A stretch of 64,000 bases of DNA, taken from positions 160,001 through 224,000 of the forward strand of contig JAWVXD010000005.1 in NCBI GenBank assembly GCA_033723415.1, given 5' to 3'. The notes below the pieces were generated by a model, which saw only the letters and a program-made list of their open reading frames with translations, was not told where the DNA came from and searched no databases. Position 1 is the first letter of the stretch, and each line of letters begins with the position of its first letter. Made by a program: the position numbers and the translations under genes. The DNA comes from Sulfurospirillaceae bacterium (GTDB taxonomy: Bacteria; Campylobacterota; Campylobacteria; Campylobacterales; Sulfurospirillaceae). This document shows positions 32,712 to 43,788 of the stretch, piece after piece.

Positions 32712-33239
32712 TTAAAAATTTACTCTCTCGACTTTTGGAACAGATATCCAATGAACTATCCTACTCTTATTTCTTTTGTGAACTATATCTGCTGTATTGT
32801 TTTTACGCTCATAATACCTTGCTTGATTGGTTTTATTGATAAAAAATAGATTTTTCAATTTTGAGTTCTTTAAGATCACATATACTAAATCTCCGTGATT
32901 TGCCAACTTCTTTTTATAATAGAACTTTGCAAACGGAAGTTTGAAATTACTAGTATCTACTCCGCTTATCTCATATAGCCAGGATTTTTTTGATCTTTCA
33001 TATTTTATGACTTTGACGATCCCTTTTATGCTTCCGCTATAGATATTCTCATACTTTGGTTTTTCATTTGTATATGTATGGACATAATTTTGTTTTACCT
33101 TTACTTGAGACCTTTGTACTGTTTTTTCGTTTTGATTTTGTACATTATATGTAGATTTGTTAAGTGTCATTTCTGAAACAACGCATCCTTGAAACAAAAA
33201 TACAATGATTGCGATAAGAAAAATTTTAATGAATTTCAT
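32712..33239 (-). CDS. Hypothetical lipoprotein
   Basis: Signal peptide with lipobox LFQG-C; basic soluble domain. Confidence 0.75.
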   Translation of the reverse strand: MKFIKIFLIAIIVFLFQGCVVSEMTLNKSTYNVQNQNEKTVQRSQVKVKQNYVHTYTNEKPKYENIYSGSIKGIVKVIKYERSKKSWLYEISGVDTSNFKLPFAKFYYKKKLANHGDLVYVILKNSKLKNLFFINKTNQARYYERKNNTADIVHKRNKSRIVHWISVPKVERVNF

Positions 33240-33300
33240 GTCAACCTTTTTTATTTATTTAAGCTTATATTATCAAAGTCTTCATTAATTTGCAATTTTA

Positions 33301-33309
33301 TGGTATAAT
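33301..33309 (+). promoter_or_regulatory. Extended -10 promoter of ssrA
   Basis: TGGTATAAT ending 25 nt upstream of the tmRNA 5' end. Confidence 0.7.
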
Positions 33310-33334
33310 CTCCTTTCTAATTTATATTAGTTAT

Positions 33335-33707
33335 GGGGTTGACAAGGCTTCGACAGGAATAGTGTCAACTTTTGGCTGCATGTCGCAAGTGAGGGACTTG
33401 CGTTACCAAACCTTCAAAACAATAACTGCTAATAACAGTAACTATCGTCCTGCTTACGCTGTAGCGTAAGTTTAAGTAAAACTTTGGACTGCTTCCTCCT
33501 TTGATTCTATCTATAAGGATTTTGGAAGTATCATAGCTTGATAGATATATTTTAAGTCTGCCTCGTCTTAAAATGAAATTAGAGGCTAGTTTTGCGTAGT
33601 TTTGTTAGTTGTATGAAGCAAAATGAATTTTTAACAACTATTTTAAGCATGTAGACGCTGAGAGTGGCTATTTTTGGACTCCGGTTCGATTCCGGACAGC
33701 TCCACCA
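33335..33707 (+). ncRNA. ssrA: tmRNA; tag reading frame ANNSNYRPAYAVA* at 33428-33469
   Basis: 5' GGGGTTGAC...TTCGAC, 3' GGTTCGATTCC...CTCCACCA tRNA-Ala-like domain, ATAACTG resume motif followed by a tag ending AVA. Confidence 0.96.
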
Positions 33708-33727
33708 TTAAATGACAGGATTTCAAA

Positions 33728-34489
33728 TTGCGCTTTTTGATTTTAACTTTATATTTTATATCTTTTTTACACGCAACGCCTGCACTTGCTAACCGCCACA
33801 CAAACGACAACTCTCAGATAGCCGATGAATTCGACCAAGAATTCCAAGCAAAAGAGAAGAACAACGATTTTGATCCATTTTCAGGATACAATAGAGTCAT
33901 GACAAATTTCAATGATTTCTTTTTCATAAATATACTTGATCCTGCATCAAAAGGGTATAAAACTATTATCCCGAAACCTGCGAGAAATGGGATAGATAAC
34001 TTTTTTAACAATTTATTGTTTCCTATCAGACTTGTGAACAATTTACTTCAACTCAAATTTGCAAATTCCTTTGAGGAGACTCAAAGATTTTTACTGAACT
34101 CCACGATAGGCATAGTAGGATTAAATGACATTGCCAGAGACAGGTTTAACCTAAAAGCACATAACGAAGATTTTGGACAAACTCTTGGATTTTATGGTAT
34201 AGGTGGAGGAATTCATATAGTTTGGCCTATCCTTGGACAATCAAACCTCAGAGATACTGCGGGACTAGTAGCAGACGCTATCATTAACCCATTGACATAT
34301 ATGAGTAACAGGGGTTATAATGTATTTGACAATATGGCACAATCATATGAAGGAAAAGCTTTGGACATAGTAAATTATAACTCTTTTCACGTAGGTGAAT
34401 ATGAGAAATTAAAAAAGGATGCCATAGATTTATATCCTTTTTTAAAGAACATTTATGAACAAAGAAGAAAAAAACTAATAGAAGAATAG
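33728..34489 (+). CDS. mlaA: MlaA/VacJ family protein
   Basis: DPFSGYNR, RFLLNSTIG, EDFGQTLG, WPILG.SNLRD, DLYPFLK. Confidence 0.92.
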   Translation: MRFLILTLYFISFLHATPALANRHTNDNSQIADEFDQEFQAKEKNNDFDPFSGYNRVMTNFNDFFFINILDPASKGYKTIIPKPARNGIDNFFNNLLFPIRLVNNLLQLKFANSFEETQRFLLNSTIGIVGLNDIARDRFNLKAHNEDFGQTLGFYGIGGGIHIVWPILGQSNLRDTAGLVADAIINPLTYMSNRGYNVFDNMAQSYEGKALDIVNYNSFHVGEYEKLKKDAIDLYPFLKNIYEQRRKKLIEE

Positions 34490-34500
34490 GAGAGTAGATT

Positions 34501-35082
34501 TTGAAAATTATATTTTTATGCTTACTAATTGTTGTAAATATTTTTGCATTGAGTGAAAATCAAATACAAAGCTTTATGAAGACAAATATAAACGAAGCAG
34601 TTAAATTAATAAAAGAAAGTAAGCAAACCAAAGAAAACAAAGATGTTTTATCTAAAAAGATCTTCAAATTATTCGACCCTGTATTTGACTATAAATTGAT
34701 GGCCAGACTTTCTATAGGCGGAGAAACGTGGAGAGAACTCAGCCAAAAACAAAAAGAAGAATTTACACAAAAATTCACAAAAAGATTAAAAGAATCATAC
34801 AAATCAAAACTTGATAAATACGATAATCAAGAGATCATTGTCAAAGGCGTAGACAAGATAAAAGAAAACCGAATACATCTTTTGACTCAGATAGAAGGCA
34901 AAAAAGAAAAATACGATATCGTATATAAATTTTACAAAACAAGAGATAATCAATGGTATATCTATGATGTGGATGTTTTAGGAGTAAGCGTCATACAAAC
35001 CTATAGATCACAATTTTCTGATGAATTGAAAAAATATAGTTTCAATGAACTGCTAGCAAAATTGAATGATACGAACAACTAA
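34501..35082 (+). CDS. mlaC: MlaC/Ttg2D phospholipid-binding periplasmic protein
   Basis: FDYKLMARLSIG, WYIYDVDVLGVS..QTYRSQF. Confidence 0.92.
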   Translation: MKIIFLCLLIVVNIFALSENQIQSFMKTNINEAVKLIKESKQTKENKDVLSKKIFKLFDPVFDYKLMARLSIGGETWRELSQKQKEEFTQKFTKRLKESYKSKLDKYDNQEIIVKGVDKIKENRIHLLTQIEGKKEKYDIVYKFYKTRDNQWYIYDVDVLGVSVIQTYRSQFSDELKKYSFNELLAKLNDTNN

Positions 35083-35090
35083 ACTCATCT

Positions 35091-37529
35091 ATGTTAAAAT
35101 CGTTTTATAACAATTTTATATTAAAATTTCCCAAGATAGTACTCTTTGTACTTGCCATCTTTATGGTAGTCTTTGGTTATTTTTCTACAAAATTAAGTAT
35201 TGATGCTTCTGCAGACAGCCTGCTCTTGGACAATGACAAAGATCTGGCATATTATAGAGCTGTCAGTGAACGATACTATATGCCGAATTTTTTAGTATTG
35301 ACTTATACGCCAAAGAGTAAATTACTATCGGACAAGTCACTCAAAACTCTACAATCGCTCACAAACGATTTGAAAAAATTAGATCAAATAACAAGTGTCA
35401 TATCTATTTTGAATGTACCTCTTTTACAAAGTCCTCCAAGACCTGTCAAAGATTTGCTTGAGAAGATACCAACACTAGAAGACAAAGGGATAGACAAGGC
35501 TCTTGTAAAAAAAGAATTTTTGAACAGTCCTATATATAAAAACAATCTAGTCAGCAGCGATTTTAAAACAACTGCAATATTACTAAATCTAAAAGAAGAC
35601 AAAAAATACAACGAATTTATCAAGAAAAGAAATGAGCTTAGAAAAAAAGGCGATGAAGCAAAAATACTGGAGCTAAATCTCAAATTTAAAGAATATAGGA
35701 ATTTAAGAAGAGAGATAGATCATAAAAACATAATTCAAATACGCAGTATCACACAAAAGTACAAGAACAATGCCAAAATATTTTTAGGCGGCGTCAATAT
35801 GATAGCAAATGATATGATCAGCTTCATAAAAAGTGATCTTATGATCTATGGATCCGTTCTTTTACTACTGCTTATCACAACTTTGTATTTTATATTCAGA
35901 GAGATGAAATTTGTACTTATTCCTGTATTGGTTTCAGTTGTTTCTGTTGTTTTTACCACAGGCTTTCTAGGAATTTTTGATTGGGAAGTCACTGTAATAT
36001 CTTCAAACTATATATCTCTTCAGCTTATAATCACAATATCTATAATCCTGCACTTAATAGTGAGATATAGAGAACTAGCAAATGAAAATACGGATATGTC
36101 ACAAAAAGAATTGTTACTAGAGACCGTTCTATCAAAAGCAAAACCTTCTTTTTACGCGATTATTACTACGGTAGCAGGCTTTGGTTCTTTGATACTGGCA
36201 GATTTGAAACCTGTCATAAATCTAGGCTATATGATGGGTATAGGCGTTGCTACTTCCTTGATTATCTCATTTATATTGTTTCCTGCCATGATGATGCTTT
36301 TTAAAAGAGATCATGTAGTCATAAAACCAAATAAAATAGGCTCTATCATAACGAATTTTAGTGCCTCTTTTGTCAAAAACCATGGTTCAGCAATACTCAT
36401 ATCAGCTGCTTTAATAGCTGTTCTATCTATCTTTGGAGCAATGAGACTGAAAGTAGAGAACAGCTTTATCAACTATTTTAAGCAAAATACGGAAATATAC
36501 AAAAGTATGAAAGTGATAGATCAAAAATTAGGCGGCACGACACCTTTGGATTTGATCGTAAAATTTAAAAAAGAGAAAAAGGCAAAACAGGACGATGGGC
36601 AGTTTGATCAATTTGAAAGCGAATTTGAACAAACACAAAATCAAAACCAATATTGGTTTTCACCAAATAAAATGGAAACTATTAGAAAAATACAACATTA
36701 TCTAGAGTCTTTAAAAGAAGTAGGGAACGTTCAATCATTTGGAACAGTTCTAGAAGTTGCTAAAGAACTAAACGACAATAAGAACTTAGATACTTTTGAA
36801 TTAGCCGTTCTTTATAAACAGATCCCGCAAAGATTTAGAGATATCATATTAAATCCATTTGTGGACATTAAGGACAATGAAGTTAGATTTGCAATGAGGA
36901 TAATAGACTCAAATCCAAATCTTAGAAGAGATGCTTTTTTAAAGAAGATCAAAAGAGAATTACCGAAGATAGTAGATACCAAAAATATATCTTTTAGATT
37001 GACAAGCTTAATGGTCCTGTACAATAATATGCTTCAATCTTTATTTGAATCACAAATTCTTACATTGGGAGCTGTACTTGTCATACTATTTTTGATGTTT
37101 TTAGTTCTTTTCAAGTCATTCAAGATATCTGCGATAGCGATCATAGTCAATATTATCCCGGTAGGCATCATATTTGCCGTCATGGGTTTTGCAAGTATAC
37201 CGCTGGATGTCATGACCATTACTATAGCATCGATCAGTATAGGGATAGGAGTTGATGACACTATTCATTATATACATAGATTCCAAGAAGAATATATAAA
37301 AGATCATGACTATATAAAAGCTATGGAGAGGTCACACCATAGTATAGGATATGCGATGTTCTATACGTCACTTGCCATTATACTTGGATTTTCGATTTTG
37401 GTATTTTCAAACTTCATCCCTACTATTTATTTTGGGTTGTTAACTATACTTGTAATGTTCTCTGCTTTAGTGAGTGCGCTTCTTTTACTTCCAAAGATGC
37501 TTATAATGTTCAGAGCTTTTTCATCTTGA
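35091..37529 (+). CDS. MMPL/RND family transporter
   Basis: Two repeats of periplasmic loop plus TM bundle, TTVAGFGSL, GIGVDDTIH. Confidence 0.9.
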   Translation: MLKSFYNNFILKFPKIVLFVLAIFMVVFGYFSTKLSIDASADSLLLDNDKDLAYYRAVSERYYMPNFLVLTYTPKSKLLSDKSLKTLQSLTNDLKKLDQITSVISILNVPLLQSPPRPVKDLLEKIPTLEDKGIDKALVKKEFLNSPIYKNNLVSSDFKTTAILLNLKEDKKYNEFIKKRNELRKKGDEAKILELNLKFKEYRNLRREIDHKNIIQIRSITQKYKNNAKIFLGGVNMIANDMISFIKSDLMIYGSVLLLLLITTLYFIFREMKFVLIPVLVSVVSVVFTTGFLGIFDWEVTVISSNYISLQLIITISIILHLIVRYRELANENTDMSQKELLLETVLSKAKPSFYAIITTVAGFGSLILADLKPVINLGYMMGIGVATSLIISFILFPAMMMLFKRDHVVIKPNKIGSIITNFSASFVKNHGSAILISAALIAVLSIFGAMRLKVENSFINYFKQNTEIYKSMKVIDQKLGGTTPLDLIVKFKKEKKAKQDDGQFDQFESEFEQTQNQNQYWFSPNKMETIRKIQHYLESLKEVGNVQSFGTVLEVAKELNDNKNLDTFELAVLYKQIPQRFRDIILNPFVDIKDNEVRFAMRIIDSNPNLRRDAFLKKIKRELPKIVDTKNISFRLTSLMVLYNNMLQSLFESQILTLGAVLVILFLMFLVLFKSFKISAIAIIVNIIPVGIIFAVMGFASIPLDVMTITIASISIGIGVDDTIHYIHRFQEEYIKDHDYIKAMERSHHSIGYAMFYTSLAIILGFSILVFSNFIPTIYFGLLTILVMFSALVSALLLLPKMLIMFRAFSS

Positions 37530-37535
37530 CACGCT

Positions 37536-37632
37536 TTTTGGGCAAAGCTTAAAAAGCTCTACGTTAACACTGGGTTTTCTTCGGCAGAATGCCCACGCAC
37601 CTTGTGGTGCTGTTGATTTGAGTTTGCTAAAA
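37536..37632. other. GC-rich multi-hairpin element between the convergent MMPL gene and trpA
   Basis: Nested inverted repeats GCAAAGCTTAAA/TTTGAGTTTGC, TTAACA/TGTTGA, TGGGTTTTCT/AGAATGCCCA, GCACC/GGTGC. Confidence 0.5.
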
Positions 37633-37633
37633 T

Positions 37634-38371
37634 CTAGTTAATTTTATCTTTTATAATTCTTGCTTTTTCAGAGATTTTATTGATCTTTTCAGTATTAGAT
37701 AGTGTCTCATCCAATAGTACTTTTATAAATGTACTCCCTACGATCACTCCATCTACACCTGCGGCTTTTTCTTTTGCAGTTTTTTCATCTACTCCAAAAC
37801 CTATATATAAAGGTGTCTGGCTATTTGCTTTTATTTCTTTTATAACTTCACTCAAGTCTTCTTTTGCACCGGTACCTGTGATCCCTGCATAAGCTACAAG
37901 ATATATAAAACCTGTACTTTTATCTACGATCTTCGCTATTCTATCTTTCCCGTCTGTTGGTGCGACAAAGTTCACAAGTGAAATATCATGCTTTTTAAAA
38001 ATAGGCTTATACGCAAATGATTCTTCATGAGGAAGATCCGGTATGATAAAGCCCTTTACTCCCAAGTCTTGTGCTTTTTTGGATATATTTTCAACGCCTT
38101 TGGCATAAAATGAGTTGAAATAGCCCATCCAGAAAGTATCTATCTCTTTTGAGATATTTTCTGTTATTTCATAAAGTGTTTTCATCTTAAAACCGTTTTG
38201 AAGTGATTTTAGATTTGCTTCTTCGATGATTGGACCATCAGCCACAGGATCTGAAAATGCAATACCCAATTCCAGGATATCTACACCTGCTTGTTTGAGA
38301 GACAGACCAAGATCCACAGTAAAATTCTTATCGGGATAACCCGCAGTTATGTAAGCTATTAATTTTTTCAT
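37634..38371 (-). CDS. trpA: Tryptophan synthase alpha chain
   Basis: YITAGYP, ELG..FSDPVADGP, PDLP, GITG, GFGV, VIVGS. Confidence 0.96.
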   Translation of the reverse strand: MKKLIAYITAGYPDKNFTVDLGLSLKQAGVDILELGIAFSDPVADGPIIEEANLKSLQNGFKMKTLYEITENISKEIDTFWMGYFNSFYAKGVENISKKAQDLGVKGFIIPDLPHEESFAYKPIFKKHDISLVNFVAPTDGKDRIAKIVDKSTGFIYLVAYAGITGTGAKEDLSEVIKEIKANSQTPLYIGFGVDEKTAKEKAAGVDGVIVGSTFIKVLLDETLSNTEKINKISEKARIIKDKIN

Positions 38372-38778
38372 TTGACTTCTAATTTAAGAGGGACTTTTAT
38401 AATAAGCGGATTGAACATACTAAAATACTCGGCATCTTTTTCGACATCTTGCCTATAATTACTAAACTGATCGCTCACAAGTAGCAACCAATCTATGAAT
38501 TCTTCACTTGCCGGACCTTTTAACATCCTAGCCTCTTCGACTACATCTTCACACAAAGAAGCAAGTTTGATTATAGGGTCTAGTTTCAAGAAACTACCTG
38601 CTGATTTCAAGTTATGAAATATTCTAAAAAGTTCTCTTATATTTTCTTCATAAACATCCGGTTTATTAAGGTTAATAATAAGAGGTTCCATGTTTTCACA
38701 CATAATTGCATAATGGTTTATAAAATCATCAACAATATCAATGTCAAAATCTAATTCTAACTGTGAATAAACACCCAT
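38368..38778 (-). CDS. Stand-alone Hpt (histidine phosphotransfer) domain protein
   Basis: LFRIFHNLKSAG CheA-P1/Hpt motif; start trimmed to MGVYS after GGGAG. Confidence 0.85.
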   Translation of the reverse strand: MGVYSQLELDFDIDIVDDFINHYAIMCENMEPLIINLNKPDVYEENIRELFRIFHNLKSAGSFLKLDPIIKLASLCEDVVEEARMLKGPASEEFIDWLLLVSDQFSNYRQDVEKDAEYFSMFNPLIIKVPLKLEVK

Positions 38779-38870
38779 GAAACTCCCTATAAAATTCAAA
38801 ACACTTGTTTTAAGTACAATTGTACCATTTTTTTGATAAAATAAAATAAAAACTACCTAGGTTGTCGGAC

Positions 38871-39653
38871 ATGCAAACTATAACATCTATAAAAGAATCC
38901 AAATCAAAAACTCCGCTTGTCATGATCACAGCTTATGATGCACTTTTTGCTTCTATTTTTGATAAAAAAGTCGATATGATATTGGTTGGAGACAGCTTAA
39001 ATATGAGCTTTAACAAGGCCCCTGACACCCTATCTGCAACTATGGATATCATGATCTATCACACAAAGGCAGTATGTGCAGGCGCAAAAGATACTTTTAT
39101 AATTTGCGATATGCCCTTTGGGACTTATACAGATGAAAGATCTGCATTGAAAAATGCATCCAGAGTATATCAAGAAACAAATGCTCATGCTGTAAAAATC
39201 GAAGGCGGCGTGGATAGAGCCCACATAATAAAAGAGCTGACGTCAAACTCAATTGCTGTCATGGGTCATATAGGATTGATGCCGCAATTTGTAAGATCAG
39301 AAGGCGGATACAAGATCAAAGGTAAAAACCAAGAAAATCTGGATCAACTCATAAAAGATGCTAAAGCGGTCGAAGAAGCAGGAGCATTTTGTTTGGTCGT
39401 AGAAGGCGTCAAAGCAGATGTTGTAAAAGAGATAACAGACAGCGTAAGTATCCCGACCATAGGAATCGGATCCGGTGCTGACACTGACGGACAAGTTCTA
39501 GTCTGGAGTGATGCTTTTGGCTTTTTCAATGATTTTCAACCAAAATTTGTAAAGAACTACCTTGATGGACATAAATTGATAAGCGATGCGATCAGCCAAT
39601 ATGCAAACGAAGTAAAAAGTAAAAAATTTCCGGCAAAAGAGCATACATACTGA
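38871..39653 (+). CDS. panB: 3-methyl-2-oxobutanoate hydroxymethyltransferase
   Basis: [34 protein letters not shown]. Confidence 0.97.
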   Translation: MQTITSIKESKSKTPLVMITAYDALFASIFDKKVDMILVGDSLNMSFNKAPDTLSATMDIMIYHTKAVCAGAKDTFIICDMPFGTYTDERSALKNASRVYQETNAHAVKIEGGVDRAHIIKELTSNSIAVMGHIGLMPQFVRSEGGYKIKGKNQENLDQLIKDAKAVEEAGAFCLVVEGVKADVVKEITDSVSIPTIGIGSGADTDGQVLVWSDAFGFFNDFQPKFVKNYLDGHKLISDAISQYANEVKSKKFPAKEHTY

Positions 39654-40675
39654 TGGAACGGATTGTAGAAATAGACAAAATATCGTTTGAAAATGAGTAC
39701 GAAAAGTCACTCAGACCTACCTCTTGGGATGGCTATATAGGGCAAGACCAAATCAAAAAGAATTTAAAAGTATTTATCAAAGCTTCAAAGCAAAGAGAAG
39801 AGTGCCTGGATCATGTACTTTTTTTCGGACCTCCGGGTCTTGGTAAAACAACACTTGCTTATATTATCTCAAATGAAATGGAAACAAATATCAAAATGGT
39901 TGCAGCGCCGATGATAGAAAAAAGCGGTGATCTCGCTGCGATACTGACGAATTTGGAAGAAGGTGATATCCTTTTTATAGATGAGATACACAGACTCTCT
40001 CCTGCCATAGAAGAGATACTTTATCCTGCTATGGAAGATTTTAGATTAGATATAATCATAGGCAGCGGTCCTGCGGCACAAACAATAAAGATAGACCTTC
40101 CGAAATTCACTCTAATTGGAGCGACCACAAGGGCCGGCATGATAAGCTCCCCACTGAGAGATAGATTCGGTATGCACTTTAGACTTCAATTTTACGATAA
40201 ACTTGAACTCTCTGAGATAATTACCAAAGCATCACATCACCTAAATAAAGAGTGCTTGAAAGATGGTGCCCTAGAGATAGCAAGAAGATCGAGGGGAACA
40301 CCTAGAATTGCCCTTAGATTACTTAAACGCGTGCGTGACTTTGCCGATGTTGAAGGTGAGGAGAAGATCAGTAAAGAAAGAACTGATTATGCTCTAGGGG
40401 AACTTGGTGTAAATGAACTGGGGTTTGATGAATTAGATATAAAGTTTTTGAAACTTTTAGTTGAATCAAGGGGCAAAGCGTTGGGTCTAAGCACGATTGC
40501 TGCTGCTTTAAGTGAAGACGAGGGTACGATAGAAGACGTGATAGAGCCTTATTTACTTGCCAATGGATATATGCAAAGAACGGCAAAAGGAAGAATCGCA
40601 AGCAGAAAATGCTATGAACTCTTCAAACTCACGCCTTTAGAGTCAAATGGATTATTTGGAGAAGATTTAATATGA
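39653..40675 (+). CDS. ruvB: Holliday junction branch migration helicase
   Basis: [34 protein letters not shown]. Confidence 0.98.
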   Translation: MERIVEIDKISFENEYEKSLRPTSWDGYIGQDQIKKNLKVFIKASKQREECLDHVLFFGPPGLGKTTLAYIISNEMETNIKMVAAPMIEKSGDLAAILTNLEEGDILFIDEIHRLSPAIEEILYPAMEDFRLDIIIGSGPAAQTIKIDLPKFTLIGATTRAGMISSPLRDRFGMHFRLQFYDKLELSEIITKASHHLNKECLKDGALEIARRSRGTPRIALRLLKRVRDFADVEGEEKISKERTDYALGELGVNELGFDELDIKFLKLLVESRGKALGLSTIAAALSEDEGTIEDVIEPYLLANGYMQRTAKGRIASRKCYELFKLTPLESNGLFGEDLI

Positions 40676-41715
40676 ATTTACAAAGATTTTTTTTAATCGG
40701 TATTTTTTTGACGGTTCTTTACTGGATACTGAAGCTGTATGAACCTTTCCTTGTTGTAATAACGGTAGCATCCCTGCTATCGATCGCTACTTACAAAATA
40801 AACGCCAATATAAACAAATATGTCCCGAATAAAACATTATCGGCTACAATCTCTACTTTATTTTTATTTTTACTATTTTTTGCACCTATCATATATATCA
40901 TAACCTCTGCCGGAGAGATCATAAACAACTTCAATCCTCAGATCGTTGACAATACGATAGCTTATATCAAAAACCTACACTATACGTTACCGCACAGTCT
41001 GTTATTTTTAAAAAGCAACATAGATGATTTTTTAAATAGTATTGATCTAACGAACATAACAAAAAATCTGCTCTCATATCTTGGTTCTGTCGGAAAGAAT
41101 AGTGCTAACTTTTTAAAAGATATGGTTTTGATCTTGATATTTTATTTCTTTGTTACATTAAAATCAAAAGAACTGGGTAGCTATTTTAAGACTATATTGC
41201 CTATGGCAAATGAAGAGATCGACCTGATATTTGGAGAAGTTTCAAATGTCATGAGTGTCGTTTTCTATTCTATCTTGGCAACTGCGATTTTTGAAGGTAT
41301 CTTGTTTGCGGCTATTGGGGTGGTCTTTGGCTACAACGGGCTTTTGCTTGGTATCTTTTATGGTTTTGCTTCTTTGATACCAATAGTCGGAGGAGCCCTT
41401 ATGTGGGTGCCTTTGAGCGTTTATGAGTTTGCGAACGGAAACTACATCGCAGGTTTCAGTATAGCCATCTACTCTATAGTCGTCATCTCAGTCATCGCAG
41501 ATACTTTTATCAAACCAATGATAATCAAATACATAAATGAAAAGCTCTCAACCGTGAGAGCTAATATCAACGAGCTTTTGGTATTTTTTTCCATACTTGC
41601 AGGACTTACAACCTTCGGATTTTGGGGTATGATACTTGGTCCGGCCATAACAACACTTTTTATCTCGCTTATGACCATGTTTAAGACGATAAAAGAAAAA
41701 GGTTTGGATATCTAA
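40672..41715 (+). CDS. AI-2E family transporter
   Basis: Multi-[25 protein letters not shown]. Confidence 0.9.
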   Translation: MNLQRFFLIGIFLTVLYWILKLYEPFLVVITVASLLSIATYKINANINKYVPNKTLSATISTLFLFLLFFAPIIYIITSAGEIINNFNPQIVDNTIAYIKNLHYTLPHSLLFLKSNIDDFLNSIDLTNITKNLLSYLGSVGKNSANFLKDMVLILIFYFFVTLKSKELGSYFKTILPMANEEIDLIFGEVSNVMSVVFYSILATAIFEGILFAAIGVVFGYNGLLLGIFYGFASLIPIVGGALMWVPLSVYEFANGNYIAGFSIAIYSIVVISVIADTFIKPMIIKYINEKLSTVRANINELLVFFSILAGLTTFGFWGMILGPAITTLFISLMTMFKTIKEKGLDI

Positions 41716-41730
41716 AGCATAAAGAAATCG

Positions 41731-43785
41731 CTATTCATTATTGATGCTGATCTCTTCTGTATTCTCAAGTGAATCCGTACACTCTTCTAAAAGCTTTATG
41801 ATCTTTTTATGTCTGTTTTTTCGTTGATTGACAAAATCTATCTTTTGATTTTTTATCTCTTCAAATTTTGCCGTCAGTCTATCATAATCGTTACTCAAAA
41901 ATGTTCTGTTTGAGCTCATAAGATTATTTAGCTCATACATATAAAAACTTTCCGTAAGTTTTTGTTTGATCTCTGCCAGGCTTGGATTGTAAAGTGAAAA
42001 TCTTGTAGGATTCTCTTCATACAACTTAGAAAAACTGTCAATCTTGTTATTTAAAAATGAGATACAGGCTTCCGTAGCATTATGGTAATTAAACTTCACA
42101 GAACTTCTTATATGTGTAAAATTTGAACTAACCAGAGAAGAAGAGTGTGATACTTCGTCATGATAAGGTTTCAGTATATGTTCATAAACCCTTGCCGCAA
42201 ATTTTCTGATATTTGCAAACTCGATATCTGAGTGTATCTCCTCTTTTTTTCTTATTATACTGTAAGGACTTTGCCATCTAAAGATCTTCTCTTCGAATTT
42301 GTCATAGATCTCTTTATTCTTTGTATTTACTCTCTCTTCTATCTCGACTATGCCTTTGGCATATCTTTTAAACATCTTACCGACAAGATCATCATCATAA
42401 AAAAGAGTTTTATATGCCGAGTCTGCATTTATCTTTGCGCATTTGTATTCTACTTTTTTATACGTATCGTCATGATTGAAAAGCTTCTTCTTCTCTTGTG
42501 CAAATCTATACTTTGTCTCTTCTTCAACATGAGCGTATATCTCCGTAGCAATAGTTTCAATAATATGCTCTATGTTATGATACGCATCTTTCAGATCTTT
42601 TGAAAATGTGTTCTTCGCCTCTGCGAACTCTTCTTTGACAACAGAATCAAATCTTTCTATCTCCGCTATCAGTTCATCGTAAATTCTCAAGAACAGTTCA
42701 TATTGCGCTATGATCTTTTGACAAATATTCTTGATCTCTTTCTTGATAGAAAACTCTTTGGCTTCTATAGCTCGTGGCTGGATCTCATCTTTTATAAAAT
42801 CTATTACTTTTTGGATATTTGACTGCTTAGCCAATTTGAGATTTTCCCGTAGATCCATCTCACGGATTGAGTTCAACTTTCTCTCATACTGCTTGTAACC
42901 ATCTTCTAAAAAGCCTATATAAGATGATTGCATATTTTCATGAAGTTTTGAATCTATTGATCCCAGAAACTCTTCTAAAGCCTCTTCCATAAGAGCATTC
43001 TTGTCGCTGCTTCTTGATCTAAGCGCTTCTCTTGCTGATATAGGTACAACTTCACTAAAATATTTTCCGAAAGCTTCTTTTACGTATGAGACACTTTGCT
43101 GTATCTCCTCTTCACTGAACTTATCTTTTTGATTCAATACACACAGTGATTTATTTTTGTATTGTGAGAGATACTGTTCTAAGACATCTGCTTCACTCAT
43201 CTTCCCTGCATTATCTATAAGGGTAAGCCATATGATACCATCAACCTCTTTTAGGACTTTGATAGTAGTTTGAGTATCTGAATTTGCGCCGGAATTTAAT
43301 CCCGGAGTATCTACAAATACGATATCTTTTAACATATTCAAAGGAGAGTAAAGTATAAGATAATCTATATCTTCTACCCCGATCCTCTGATCTGTAAATT
43401 TATTTATACTCTCTATATCATGATACTCGTCTCGTCCGTCTTTGTATTTCACTCTTATCTTTAGCTCATCGCCGTACCTGATATAATTTACCTTTGAAGT
43501 TACAGGAGTTATACCTGTAGGAAGAATGCTTTTTGCCAAAAGCGCATTTAAAAATGTTGATTTACCGCTTGAGAATTGACCGGTTATGGCAACTTTCATA
43601 GGCTCTTTTACCCTGATCTTCAACTTATCAAGTGCATGTACGAGCTGAATGGAAGGAGAAAGTTTGTCATCAAGCAAAAGATATCTTGCTTTTTCCAATG
43701 AACCTATGAGCGATTTGTCAAATGTAGGTGTACTGCTTAGGTATTTTTCTTTATATGAGATTACAAATTTATCAAATATGCTCAT
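41731..43785 (-). CDS. Bacterial dynamin-like GTPase (DLP2-type)
   Basis: G1 GQFSSGKS, LPTGITPVT, G3 DTPG, G4 NQKD, long helical C-terminus. Confidence 0.9.
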   Translation of the reverse strand: MSIFDKFVISYKEKYLSSTPTFDKSLIGSLEKARYLLLDDKLSPSIQLVHALDKLKIRVKEPMKVAITGQFSSGKSTFLNALLAKSILPTGITPVTSKVNYIRYGDELKIRVKYKDGRDEYHDIESINKFTDQRIGVEDIDYLILYSPLNMLKDIVFVDTPGLNSGANSDTQTTIKVLKEVDGIIWLTLIDNAGKMSEADVLEQYLSQYKNKSLCVLNQKDKFSEEEIQQSVSYVKEAFGKYFSEVVPISAREALRSRSSDKNALMEEALEEFLGSIDSKLHENMQSSYIGFLEDGYKQYERKLNSIREMDLRENLKLAKQSNIQKVIDFIKDEIQPRAIEAKEFSIKKEIKNICQKIIAQYELFLRIYDELIAEIERFDSVVKEEFAEAKNTFSKDLKDAYHNIEHIIETIATEIYAHVEEETKYRFAQEKKKLFNHDDTYKKVEYKCAKINADSAYKTLFYDDDLVGKMFKRYAKGIVEIEERVNTKNKEIYDKFEEKIFRWQSPYSIIRKKEEIHSDIEFANIRKFAARVYEHILKPYHDEVSHSSSLVSSNFTHIRSSVKFNYHNATEACISFLNNKIDSFSKLYEENPTRFSLYNPSLAEIKQKLTESFYMYELNNLMSSNRTFLSNDYDRLTAKFEEIKNQKIDFVNQRKNRHKKIIKLLEECTDSLENTEEISINNE

Positions 43786-43788
43786 CTG

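Noticed and set aside
33335..33730. tmRNA and tRNA 3' ends as possible island integration sites
   Set aside because: No integrase and no duplicated 3' end (att) seen; the flanking genes are ordinary.
32660..37570. CTACGTTA motif near 32673 and 37558 resembling part of HEARO/omega RNA
   Set aside because: Only an 8-mer; the other omega RNA elements and any IscB/TnpB ORF are absent.
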